58,621 bases of DNA, filler included, from Basidiobolus ranarum (GCA_040143965.1; 5 parts of 5 records of this genome joined end to end with filler, not necessarily neighbours in it); one strand, 5' to 3'; positions 39,741-52,035 are shown, counted from the first letter of the whole stretch. Numbers and translations are program-made. Notes: generated by a model not told the origin, from the letters alone.

Positions 39741-40408
39741 ATTTATGACAGCAATGTCAGCAAAATATCAGTTTATCATAAATCAAATGGATGTTAAAAC
39801 TGCTTAATAGAATAGACCAGCCAGTTGTATATATAGACACAGAGAACCCTAAAAATATTTGCAGTGTCTAGAAAACACTTTATGGCTTAAAACAATCTCC
39901 AAGAGCTTGAAATAGCTCAATAGAAGCTTTTTTGGTAATACTCAAATTCTAAAAGAGTATTGTTGATTATAGTATCTACTTAATGCCTGATAAAACAAAG
40001 AGTGCTTTATTGGCCTTACTTGTATATGACTATATTGTAGCAATTATTGGCTTAAAGACTTTGTAGAGAACCAAATCCAGTGTATCTGCCATTTTCAAAA
40101 TGACAGATCTTGGTGAACTGACATATTTTGATGGAATCCAAATTAATATAAATTAAACTGCCAAAGCAATAACTTCAAACATGTTCAAGTATATCCTAGA
40201 TTTACTTAAAAGTTTACAATGGAAAAATAAAATCCAGTATTTATGCCAATAAAGACCAATCATAACTTAATCAAATATGGGTCATATTGGGTATGCTTGG
40301 ATTCAAATGAAAGCCAGATATTTCCTTATCAATCTATGATTGCTGGTTTCATGCATGTCATGGGTTGAACAGGGTCAGCTTTTGCATATTTTATGGGAGT
40401 TATGCATA

Positions 40409-40575
40409 AATATCTTCAAAATTAGGAATATGATCAAATCATAGCAGTTAAATGGATTTCAATATCATCCAAATTATGAATTCAATCAAATCATAGCAGT
40501 AAAGTGGATTTTGAATATCTTCCACATTATGAATTCAATCAAGTGATAGTGGTTAAGTGGTTTTCCAGATATTTG
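40409..40575 (+). repeat. Approximately 52-bp tandem triplication inside copia pol
   Basis: AATATC(T/A)TC(A/C)A..TTA.GAAT...ATCAA.T.ATAG..GT.AA.TGG occurs three times. Confidence 0.8.
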
Positions 40576-41112
40576 AAATGTGCTGTGGATCTGTGCTTGA
40601 AGTACACATATTTTGGGCAAACTTTGATATCATGGGATATTTATATGTAATTTGGGCAAGAGATATTGCGCCGAAGAGATTTATAACTGGATGCTAACAT
40701 TGTTGCTCTAATAGGCTATTTCTGGGAATTCAAAGAAACAACCTAAAATAGCACTCTCAGCAGCAAAGGCCAACTATATGGCTGCTTGTGTAGCAAAAAT
40801 AGAAGTAATGTGGCTATGAAAACTATTAACAGATTCAGGCAATTCCCAAAATTCACCAATTACAATGTGTCAAGATAATCAAAGTTATATCAAATTAGCT
40901 AGAAATCGCACATTTCAAAATAGAGGCAAACATGTAGATATTAGACATCATTTCATCAGAGAGAGTATAAAGAATAAGTTTATTGACTTTCCTTATTGAT
41001 CTACAGAAGACATAATTGCTGATATATTAACTAAACAATTACCTCGACAGAAATTTGAGAAAGTTAGATATTTCTTAGGATACATTTATATGACAATTTA
41101 GTTCAGGGAGAG

Positions 41113-41441
41113 AGTTGAAATTAGCATTGCCTAAACACCTTTTGAGTCATATATAGCTTGGCACTTAGTTGTCTCATGTTGCACTAAGATACTACCCATG
41201 ATTCTTAATTGGAATTTACTTGGAATATATTTACCAACTTAATTGATCTCATATATATATAGGTTTTTCAAACTTGTACTTGAAGCCCCAAACTCAGCAT
41301 TCATGTTCCTGGTACCTGTTAGTTTGTTTACAGCTTGAAAAAAGTATATTAGTCCACTTCTACTCAATAAATCAATAAGCAAAACCACCAATTTCTCTAA
41401 TACTCCAAACCACTTCCAACAGGCTCCCAAATACTTTAACA
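41113..41441 (+). repeat. 3' LTR of the copia element
   Basis: Follows the PPT, ends CTTTAACA and is homologous to 36589-36935. Confidence 0.88.
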
Positions 41442-44400
41442 GTGACTAGTGAAGAAAAGAAGTAGTAAAGAAGGTATATCGTCCCTCTGAATCTCTGAGA
41501 GACAAGAATAATAGCAAACCTTAATATATGGCCAGCAGTATCTACGATAACCATAAAGTATCAATATTCAAATGTTTTCAGTCTCAAAACAGCCAATAAG
41601 AGCATTAATCATGGAAGGTCTGAGTTTCATTATCATGGATACGGTTTATGCTAGTACCAGTTAGATCATTGTCAGTACAGTAATCGAGTGCATATCAAAT
41701 TGGACTAAAAATACTGATTATTAGTAAGTAATTATTAGCATACCGACTTGAGATATCCACTGAATAGCCAAAGAGCTCTCGGGCTCCTTTTTGCACCTTA
41801 CATATAAAGAGCTTGCATAAATCTTCTTACTAATCAAGACTTGAAGAAAGCATTCGAATCATTCTTCAATTGATGTTTTGATAACGCATTGATGGATGGA
41901 CATCTCTCCTTCCCTATACTAACTGCAGTAATTGATACACGGCATAGCTCAATAGATGCGTTCCTGGTGTGCTCGGAGATATATAGATGTAGTATAGTAT
42001 AGCACACAAAGCCCAATCTGATATGAAAATTGCGCCATATCATGACAGCATATTTCCGCAATCCTCAAGACCTACGTTGACCTCAATATGCTCTGTCCAT
42101 GTTCTACCGTATAAGCTTCAATTAGGAATGAAGTTATATTTGACTGTGGAATATTAAACTTGGATGTGCTTCATGAGGTAGTTCGAAAAGTACAGAGATA
42201 GCAGGCAGAACAAAAACAATCAACTACAACAATAATCAGCAGGTAGATCAATGTAGCATGATGGATATTTTAATCCGCATACAGTGGTTACCTGTAATGT
42301 CACACAAAAGCAGTATTATTTTCCTCCTAAATCCATAATTGCAAAATATACCAAGTGAAAACGATAACGTACTAAGCACGTTAACTATTAACACCGTGAA
42401 GATATTCTAGGTAACTTCAGGAGCGCCACAGTGTTAACAACTTCCAATGAAAAGATGTTCAAGCTCATTATTGCCCTGGCCATCAAGAAATAAAGAAACT
42501 AACATAATCAGCATGTTGGGGAGCCGTTACTGGTGCAGTTACTTGAGACACGAATTCAAATTACTTCGCCAAACAGCATATGCTCCTCAAATCGGCCTCT
42601 GATAGCTCCAAATATTTCTCTGATGCGGCTAAAACTATAGGTAAATGTTCTGGCCTATTTTGGATCATTTCTCTTTGTAATCACTGCCAATAACTGATCA
42701 GATCAGCGTATGTCTAGCCCAAACTGGTTGATCCTTCTTTTACTTCTGGGCGTATACACTTCACATGGGAGACATTGTGATAATGTCATGTATTATTTCG
42801 GTCATAGTATTTCAGGGGATACTTGGCGAATACACTCGCTCACTTCAGGATTTTGTGCTTTACTGCGAAAACCTCTAACTCGTCCAGAGGATTCATCTGG
42901 TGAAACATTTGGTTAGTCTCCCAAGTCATTTAGCTTCTATAGCTATTTGCTGTTTAGTGGGCTATGCATAAGTGTATTAAGTTAGTGGCACAAATGACAA
43001 ATGTATTATAAACGGTGTGCGAAGGTAAGTAGCTAGATGAGGGATGGGCGCTTCAACGCCAACGTGACACATTTGTTCTAACTGCATCGATCCAGAAGCT
43101 ATCCAATTCTCACTCTCTAGTTACGTCAAGTTTACAGTCACAACTAAAGGAACACGACATTATGATGTTTTTTAAGAGGCTGTTAATCAATTTCATGCAT
43201 ATGTTCATGCTTAGAGACTTTCAATAGCTCTTTAGTTAGAGGGCTCCATTGCCGATCATTATCATCAGAAAAATAGTACTACTCTTTGCCTGAACTATAA
43301 GAAGGCTTTTAACGTGTTGTCAGCGGAGTTTTGCTCCAAAAACAATCATTAAATTAGCAGCAATCACCTAAAATTGGATGACTGGCTCAACTCTGCTTTT
43401 CCGACGTATACCCAGCTATTTAGTGAGAGATTGTTGGATCCATCACATCAGTCGGCTACTAGCTATCACCTACATAGCTACTAGGAATATTTATGAAACA
43501 TCATTCAATCCTTACATCAAGCTTTTGATCTGCAGTTATACAACTCGTGATGTGACTACGGTGAGATCATTTCGTTTCAGGAGCCCCTATAAAGCAACAA
43601 GTAACGACCGTGCTGATATACAATAATTTCTACTCACCAACAATGGAATACGAAAGAAAGGGCTCACAAAATACCAGAAGAAGTCTCCAGACTGCAGCTT
43701 ATGACTCGCATGCGGTAACCAAAGATCATCTGGAGCTTGTGGAGCAAAAAGTCCACACAGAGTGCAATAGAAAGTCTTGTGAAGAGATAACTGGCAAGCA
43801 GTCCAAAGGACGAAATCTGAAATTTTGGTCAGCGTGTGACGCATTGTACTAATGAATAAACTAAGCAATTAATGTAGCCATAGTTCATGTTATTCATTGG
43901 CTCAGTCTATGTGATTACGCTTTAGTGGATGTGGAGAACAAATATCCTTAAGAGTGAACAACCTCGATGATTCGACCTTCACTATACACCTACTTTGTCA
44001 TTCAGATCTACTGATGGTTGCGTGGCCTCAGACTTCCTTTGTGAACTAAGCTTACAAAGGTAGAGTGGCTGTTTAGCCAGTTATTGACCTTCATGTGACA
44101 AACCATTGAGTTTTCTGTTGCAAATGGATTAATGCCTTCTTGAGTTCCTCCCAAATAGGTATTTGTAAAACCGTGGCAATTCAGGCAAATAATTCAGCCT
44201 ATATACTTCAGTAGCAATTGAGACCGAACTCAAGGGCTGTCTTACCATGTATCTGTATTATTGCAACTACAATCAGTGCTACGATACGGAGGTATATGCA
44301 CTATATACAAGCTCGCATGAGAAGAGTGGCTGTTATTTCTATGAGTGTCACTATGCCAGCAAGAAAAATATGTGGATGTGAGTATGAACAGTAGCCTATC

Positions 44401-44928
44401 ATCGCAGTACAATTACAGGTAGGTAGACTCTAAACTTTGACATACGAAAATCTCTAGAAAGTAAAAGGGGCTTCCAGAACACGATTCGCAGATACTCTGT
44501 TTACAAAGAATATTTGCCAATTCTATTATTAATAAAACCCTAGCAATGGATAAAGTTGCAGCAGATAAAATTGAAAGGGCCAATTATTAGTAAAAGTGCA
44601 TACCATAATAGTGCTCCAATTATACTTATTCATGGGCTTTACAGCAATAACCACTACAACCATTCATCACTAAGCCTAGAAAGAAAGATAGATGTGTAAT
44701 GATAGAATTTCTCCTAGTATTAAATAAACACACATCGTGTGACTTCTTGGAGTCACTTGTCATATTTTGATATAGCACAGTCTTGTTAAAGTGTGTACCC
44801 CACGAGGAGAATATCTCCTTAATGATCATTTCAACAGATATATTATACCAAATCCATAGCAACTGTATAAAAGCCCAAGTCTACGCACACCATGAGTTTA
44901 GGAAAAAAGAACAAAAAGCTATTATTTC

Positions 44929-46135
44929 ATGCTCCAATCCGTGATTAAACGAGTGACGCAACCGCGAATTATTAACATTGGAGGTGGAGGTGGAGTTGGA
45001 AGTCTATCCTTAGTGCAAGGAGTGAAAAAAGCTGCCATCCCTTTCACTCTTTGTGAACGGGATCCCTCAAAAGATCATCGTCCTCAAGGCTATCGTATTC
45101 TTATCAACGGTAATGGCCACGAAGCTCTGAAAAAATAAATAAATCCAGACGTTTGGGACTTATTTAAAGCTACTTGTGTTACTTATAACCTAGGTTTTAC
45201 AGTTTTGAATGGTCTAACTAGACAAATAGAGCCACTTCCTAAGGTATGTAAAACACCAATCGGCGTGGATCCTGCCAAAACGCACAATGCTGACCGGTAC
45301 TGATGTCAGGTCTCGAAGACGAAATCAAGTTCTGATGGGAATAAGAAAGTCACGAGATTACTGAAACTGATGTCATTGCTTGGTTCAAAAATGGACCAAA
45401 GACTCGAGGTGACTTGTTGGTAGCAGCTGATGGTGTCCATTCAAGAATTCGTCGTCAACTTTTACCAGATAACAAAATTTTGTATATGGAAGGAAGAACA
45501 ATTTACGAGAAAACTTCGCTGACTCCAGAATTTGAAGTTCGTTTCTCAAAAGTCGCATTACAGCATACTACCTTATTGGAACTCGTGATCCATTGTTAAC
45601 ATTACTTGTAGAACCTATCTAATTCGGTAATGATAATTGGGCTATTTCTGGTGGGAAAATTCCTTCCCCTCAGTCCTATGCTTATTGAACGTTCGACTCT
45701 GTTTAAAATAGAAGATTCGGAATTCCTTTCTTTGATGAATGAGAAAGTGAAAGCTATTTCCCTTGAGTTAACGAAGAGTTAAGATCCTGCTCTACGTTCC
45801 CTATTAAAGTTGTAGTCCGTCAATGACACTGGTGCTATAAGAATCTCATCTGCGGCTCCTGAAATCAAACCATGGAAATCATCCAGGGTAACTTATCTTA
45901 GTAATGCTATTCATGCCATGTCACCAACAGGCGGCCTTAGTGCCAACACTGCTCCAAAGATGCCGATTTGCTTTGCCAACAAATCGTGAGCAAAGGGATT
46001 TGTGTGGATTCAATTCAAGAATATACACAATCAATGCGTAATTACGCAAGAAAAGCGATTGTTGGAAGCCGAGCGGGAGGTGTAAAAATGTATAATCAAC
46101 CTGAATTCAGTGCCTGTAGAGTAGTTGACTTTTGA
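44929..46135 (+). pseudogene. FAD-dependent (group A flavoprotein) monooxygenase pseudogene
   Basis: Rossmann IGGGGGVGSLSL...ER..RPQGYRI, DG motif LLVAADGVHSRIR and a degenerate GD motif RVTYLSNAIHAMSPTGGLSANTA. Interrupted by in-frame stops (45136 and others) and frameshifts. Confidence 0.88.
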
Positions 46136-46891
46136 TCAAATATGTACTTGTGATTTCAATAAAAATAGCAGTCATGAAAAACGTTAGCGTAAAATTGGGC
46201 GAAAGAGGAGTCAGTTCCTCGAGTTTTCCTATCCAAAGAATAGTCTATCCTTGGCGGTCAGGTATTCTTACATAGTCACGCTGTGTGTGACTTGAGGTGT
46301 CATTTTGATCAAACTGTCTCGTTCAACGACTATTGATATATACAAGAGCAATCAACTAGTTTTATAACTTCGACGAAAGCTGAATCACCTGCATGGTTAT
46401 AGATGTCACAGGAGGTGTATATATACAACATTGTACTCATGTCATGTATCGAGTGTAAACTCATGGTGGATACATTGTACTGAACATATAAAGCAATAGG
46501 TCCAATATTGTCTTCCTAGTAGAGGTAAAGAGTATTATATCGCAGTAATCCATTTGATTGTCAACATCTTGAATGAGGTAAAGTTCTTGTTGTATGGAAT
46601 ACTATTGCTAAGAGCAGCATTCCTTCACTATTGTAAACGTGCACTAAGACTAGATCTATTAACTTTCTGTCTATATCAGACCTAGTGTGAGTCTATATTA
46701 CGAGAGATTGCTTTGATCAACAGGGTGGTTCATATGGTAAGTGGTCAAATTTCTTGGCCAATATGAAGCAGTAACACATGATTGCAACATGTAATAGGTT
46801 AAAACCGGTAACTCCGCTTTTAAATGCGACTGGCTTAGAGTTCGCCCCTACATTGACCAAGATGTCCGTTTTGCCCAGAACTACATTATAA

Positions 46892-46991
46892 NNNNNNNNN
46901 NNNNNNNNNNNNNNNNNNNNNNNNNNNNNNNNNNNTTAATTAATTAANNNNNNNNNNNNNNNNNNNNNNNNNNNNNNNNNNNNNNNNNNNN
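46892..46991. other. Artificial contig-joining linker
   Basis: N44-TTAATTAATTAA-N44. Confidence 0.99.
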
Positions 46992-48346
46992 AGGTGATTG
47001 AAAAGGGAAGATGAGATTAGTTGGTGTGGGTGATGAGGTCAGATAAGAGCGGCGGGTGAATCAGATGGTCTGTTGGATTGAGCTAATGGCGGTGAGCAAG
47101 TCCTGGGAGTAAGAACTGTGTTCGGAGACTTGAATTACTTTCTAGCTAGTTACTTGATCAACGAATGGTGAGGGGCTGCTACACCGGAAGAAAGCCACGC
47201 TTCATCTCACTCTATATATGGTATTCAGTGGTCTTCAATACTCGACATTGCTTACTACAGCGCATACTTGTCCCTAACCAACCTCAACCAGCTGATTCCT
47301 CAAGAGGCAACAAAAGAGCAAGCTCCAGGATTTAATCAAAGGTGCCAGCATTCGATATGATGGTCATGTTGCTAGAGTCACCTACTTGCACCAATGATTA
47401 GAGTGCGCATCCTCTCAATGCCATTGTATCAGAAGGTATCTCATTACATCAGTGGATCACTAATACTACACGTTGAGGTCCGCTTTGTCTGAAACCACTC
47501 ACCATTCATCCTAGTATAGCTATAGTTAGTATGAATTTGAGACAGGTAAGGTGAGATCATCACATTTCACCATTGCTGCCAGTTTTCATCTATTTCTAGG
47601 TTTTGCGTAGTGATGCGGAGTTGCAGCGGTGTCCGAATACATTCGTTGTTGAGCGCTCAGCAAACTAGACTGGAACCGGAATGGACGCACAGTTTGAATC
47701 TAAAACGACGTTATCTTTCTCATCGATGCCTGATCTGTAGTGCATATTTTCATTACAAAGTCAGACGATACTCAGATCCTCAACTCCCTTTTTGTCTCTC
47801 GGATTGTTAAATAGTTGGGTCATTTTTATTAAATGGATTTGATGATTTCATCGATAGTTATGGAGGTGGATTATGATCGCTCAGGTGGCTCAAGATCGTA
47901 TTTTGGATTGATACGGAGACGGTATTTTGTTTATTCAGACACTGCTTTGTCCTGAGCAGGAATCCCGTGCATTCCCTGTCCTGACGTTGGCTCATTAGAG
48001 ATCCGCATTCTCCAGAGGCTACGTTAATTCTGATAAACAAACCTGTGGGATCTGTTTATTAAAAAGTTGGTTGAAAACATGGCTGGATCGTTTGAAGCAA
48101 TTAAGATCACCTTGCGCATAAATGGTATTCTAATGGTTCTGTCATAATCTTTTGTCAGTCTAAGTCCATATACAATATGAAAATAACAAGGAGAATATCT
48201 CAACTTCAAATTTATTAGGAAAGAATTCTTAGACATGGCTGAGCGGATATATATCCCATTCATAGCGTAATGTATACATGTGATGAAAACTAAACTGCGA
48301 CCTCAACGAGGCTTTAGATGTCGGTGAATACTTGGGGCTCCTTGAA

Positions 48347-49277
48347 CTATTTAGCAATCTTGGCGCCGGAGTCTTCGGAGGCATCACCGTGAAGTTCCAT
48401 CAATTTGCCAACATCGAATTTGGGGGCCTTGAGGATCTTGACCTTGTGAAGGTAGACGTTTTGGAGTGGGTAAATACCTTGACAAGCTTTCTCAATCTCA
48501 CGACCAATGACCTCGGGAATGAACTTTTGAACCAATGACTTGAGGTCACAGGTAGAAGCTTCACGAGTCATGATCTCGAACATCTTCTTGCGAATTTGAC
48601 GGATTTGAGCTGATTGAGCATAAGTGGTCTTTTTGAGTTGGTTGGGTCTTCTACGGGTGAAGCCAATAGAGAAAAGACGAAGAAGATAACCATCGGTGGT
48701 CTTAACATCAACATGAGCTTCAATAAGAGATTGCCATTTCTTGACGAGGGATCTCAATTTGTCGGAGGTGAAAGTCATTCCGTGGAAGTTGGTAAGGCAG
48801 TTTTTGCCTTGTACTTCGTCAACTCTAAGACGGATCTTACGGAAGGATTGCTCCTCATCTTTGTTCAAATCAGCAAGAGAGCCCTCAAGGACACGACCCT
48901 TTAAGTAATCGGTGGCGTTCTTCAAACCTTGGGTACGGTTGACAAGAGTCTTGCCAACGTTGCGGACTTCAAAGAGAGATGGGGCCTTGATATCATACCA
49001 ATCCTTACGAGTAAAGGGATCGACACTGAATTTCAATTGAATATTAGTAACGATCACAGCGAGGCGAAAGCCCAATGGATGGGTCAAAATCGATTGATAG
49101 ATTAATTATTACATACATCTTCTTCTTCAAACCCTTCTTTCCTTTACTAAGACGCCTGTTGATTTAGGGTTTAACATAAATTAGTCACTATCAAAGATAT
49201 CGGGTGAAGGGCTCTAACTGATGAGGTGGATATGAGGTAGCATATGTTCAAACGCACTTGTTCTTTCCAACGGCCAT
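48347..49277 (-). CDS. RPS1: 40S ribosomal protein eS1 (S3a); three exons; premature TAG 11 codons before the ancestral stop
   Basis: Exons 49258-49277, 49117-49155 and 48347-49025 give [36 protein letters not shown]...[12 protein letters not shown]...[12 protein letters not shown]. After the TAG the frame continues FKEPQVFTDI to TAA at 48314. Confidence 0.95.
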
Positions 49278-50085
49278 GTTGATATAGTCTGCTCACACAC
49301 GAATGAGTTCGAATGTACACGCAAAAGGAAAGTACGAAATATTCTTCACAGCAGTTAAAAGCATTTTCTCAGGCCCGTTGATCTGTTCCAGTATGTTCGA
49401 AGGGATTGGTCTACATACCCCTACCTTAGCCTTACCAACAGATCTAATGATTGATAGAAATCCCATAATTTATTCCTTTTTTTCACCTTAAATTCTCATG
49501 AAATATCTCATTCTTAAAATTGCCCATCTTTTATTTACCCAAATATAGTTTGATAATTTGGACACTAATGATGGCGCTAATGTATCTTTGGAGCATCCGC
49601 TGACTACCTTCTAAATAAGTGGAACGTGTCCTTGATGAAGGAGGTATTCCACTACGAATCGAATACATGATTGTACTGGGTAATGTTGGACTCTAGCCTT
49701 CGTATAGTTCAGAAAATCGAGGTTATTTTGTTCACAGTTGGAGAGGATTTGGAATATCTTAATAAACCCTGCCAACTTCCGTTCATACTAAAAAGAGCCA
49801 TTCTGTGCGATAAACTCCTTTATTCATGTAGTAAATTTGCTGAAAATTGGGATGTAACTGGTATCTTTTAAGATTGGCACTCTTCAAGTTGTCAATGTAT
49901 CCACGTCAATCAAGATATAAACAACCATTGAAACAATCTCATCATTGATTTTGAGCATGCCCAGAAATAAAACCCAATTCGTCAATTGAGTGGCTTCTAT
50001 TAGCCAATCATTAATCTTCTGACTTTTATTAAACACTGAGGGAAAACAGTTACTTTTATTTCTCATATATCTCCACTTGTTACCG

Positions 50086-50743
50086 ATGTCAGAAAATATT
50101 TCGAATTTGCCTAGCGAAGAGGCATCTCATGTAGTTACAAATATGCTATCCCCCGAAATTTCAAATACAGAGAAGATGCTAAATGAACTTCTTAAAGACC
50201 CGTTACTATCTGATATGACCCATGATATTACATTCGAAGAGGTGCAGAATTTGGTTGCTTATGAGATGGGAAATGCATATCACATCATCATTGATAGAGG
50301 AGCTTTACCAAGTGTAGGTAAAATGAAGTCTTTTTATATACTACCAAAAAAGACCTTGCTTTGTTGAGAAGTAATAGGTACAATTGTGATGACACGTATA
50401 CTTTCAACTTACCAATCTTCCTCTCTTAGATTTGTACGTAAAACACAATGCGAGGGTTAGAGATATTAAGTCACTATTCAAAATTAAGCTAGAGAGAGAC
50501 TCCAAAGCAAAGCCATATTCAAGAAAAATCAAATGGTAAGATGAACACATGTAGGAATAGATATCAAACTTCTATTAACCATTTCACCTTTACAGGAAAT
50601 ATATTTGGAGAAGCTACTGCTTTATGTTTGATGGTCAAAAGCTCTTGAAAGAAAACCAGAAGATTGGCACACTTGGATTAAGAAATGGAAGTATCTTAAA
50701 ATTCACTAGATATGTTAAACCCAAGAAAACACATATGTTCTAG
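50086..50743 (+). CDS. SNRNP25: U11/U12 snRNP 25-kDa protein (ubiquitin-like, minor spliceosome)
   Basis: Exons 50086-50317, 50430-50535 and 50596-50743 give LLKDPLLSDMTHDITFEEVQNLVAYEMGNA...DLYVKHNARVRDIK...RKIKWKYIWRSYCFMFDGQKLLKENQKIGTLGLRNGSILKF, matching the SNRNP25 pattern (DPLLxDL..VT.EEV...G.A; ISW.YVW..Y.L...G.KL). Confidence 0.88.
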
Positions 50744-51503
50744 TATGTTTATTAGTAACTTCAGACTGTACATTAGCAATTTAGAAATAAAGCAAATTTA
50801 ATAGAATATATATATGAATGGTATGTTTGTCTTGGTGTAGGTGTCTTTTAGATTGTCAAATGGCAACAGTATTACTCTTAATACATCTCAATGCAAAGGA
50901 TACTTTTCAAGACCTGCTCTACTAATCCATGAATCTCCATTTGGTAATTCAGTTATTTCTGCTAGTTGACTGTAGCATAAACAGAGTTAGACTTACGATT
51001 CCATTGTAATGAGACCTGTCACATGTAACTACGACAATCCTGTTGTTATTCAAGGTTGCAGGTGCAGATAATTAGAAACTCTTAGCGTATATCAATTCGA
51101 ATCACTATAAGTCTGTCTACAAAACGTTCAGATCAAAGCTACATTTCAGTTTTGAGGTCAATTTGTGAAGTTCCCCTATTTTGATGTCAACTGGCTGACG
51201 GAAGATGGTATATGATAAAATGAAATATATCCAAAATGAATAATCAAGGAGCCTATGGGGAATATCTGCATTAAGCAAGCAATGACGATGAAAGCCAGTT
51301 ATCAATATTGAATAATGCAGGTGGAAATCCTTCAATAATTAGATGGCCAACTAAGACATATATTTATTTCTCAAAATCACAAATGAGGATGCGATCTTAC
51401 ATAGCTGACAAACATACTATAATGACATAATTGTGTAAAACAAGGCTAAGCTAGATTTTATTTGATACTAGAGGTAGGGTAATGTTCAATTGTTGCATAA
51501 TAA

Positions 51504-52035
51504 TTAATGAGCACGACGAGATTCGGCGATAACGCTAGACATCTCTCCGACCTTAGCCTTAGCGCGGATGAAAGTACCAAGTCTTTTCTTGGCAAGTTTG
51601 CGGGCACGCTTGTCCTTGGAATTCTTCAACAGTTCCATAATACGACGTTCGTATACTTCACGAACTATTTCGCGAACGAATTTGACGCGGTTGGAAGCAA
51701 CCTAAAGCGTAAAGATAGTAATTGTATTAGCAATTCTACTCAATATTCTAACACTCTTTCTAATATTCTTTTTACATCCACTTCATCCCTCAAAATAACC
51801 CTCCACGATCATACATTGACTTCATCCAATATAGTCTTTCCTGGCTTCCATCAGATGGGCCACTCAGTGTATCCCATAAGCTGATGTCGTGTGGTGTAAT
51901 GAGCTTTTCTATCCATAGAAATAAATATGTACTTACACCTTTCTTATCAGAAGGCTTAACCTTCAATTCACGGCGGGTGGTGATGTGACCATGGTTGGCG
52001 CCAGCGATGATACCAGACTTTTGAACGACAGCCAT
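51504..52035 (-). CDS. RPL36: 60S ribosomal protein eL36 with an in-frame 5-residue deletion
   Basis: Exons 51937-52035 and 51504-51701 give [98 protein letters not shown]. Confidence 0.93.

Larger units (their letters stand above)
36589..41441 (+). mobile_element. Full-length but decayed Ty1/copia LTR retrotransposon
   Basis: 5' LTR 36589-36935 (TG...CA), PBS-like GGCTTTGAGCCC, gag zinc knuckle (CDYCQRTCH), protease (*YIDSRASQH), integrase (MCGP, ITYIDNYSKY, PQQN), RT (WKSAMADEY, ERFKARLVAK, QMDVKTA, LYGLKQSPRA), RNase H (KHVDIRHHFIRE, ADILTKQL), PPT CAGGGAGAG and 3' LTR about 41113-41441. Flanks GTTAC/GTGAC resemble a 5-bp TSD. Many stops and frameshifts. Confidence 0.95.

Noticed and set aside
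41600..44860. Short ORFs of 68-93 aa between the copia element and the monooxygenase pseudogene
   Set aside because: No motifs, splice structure or coding-like continuity that I can support.
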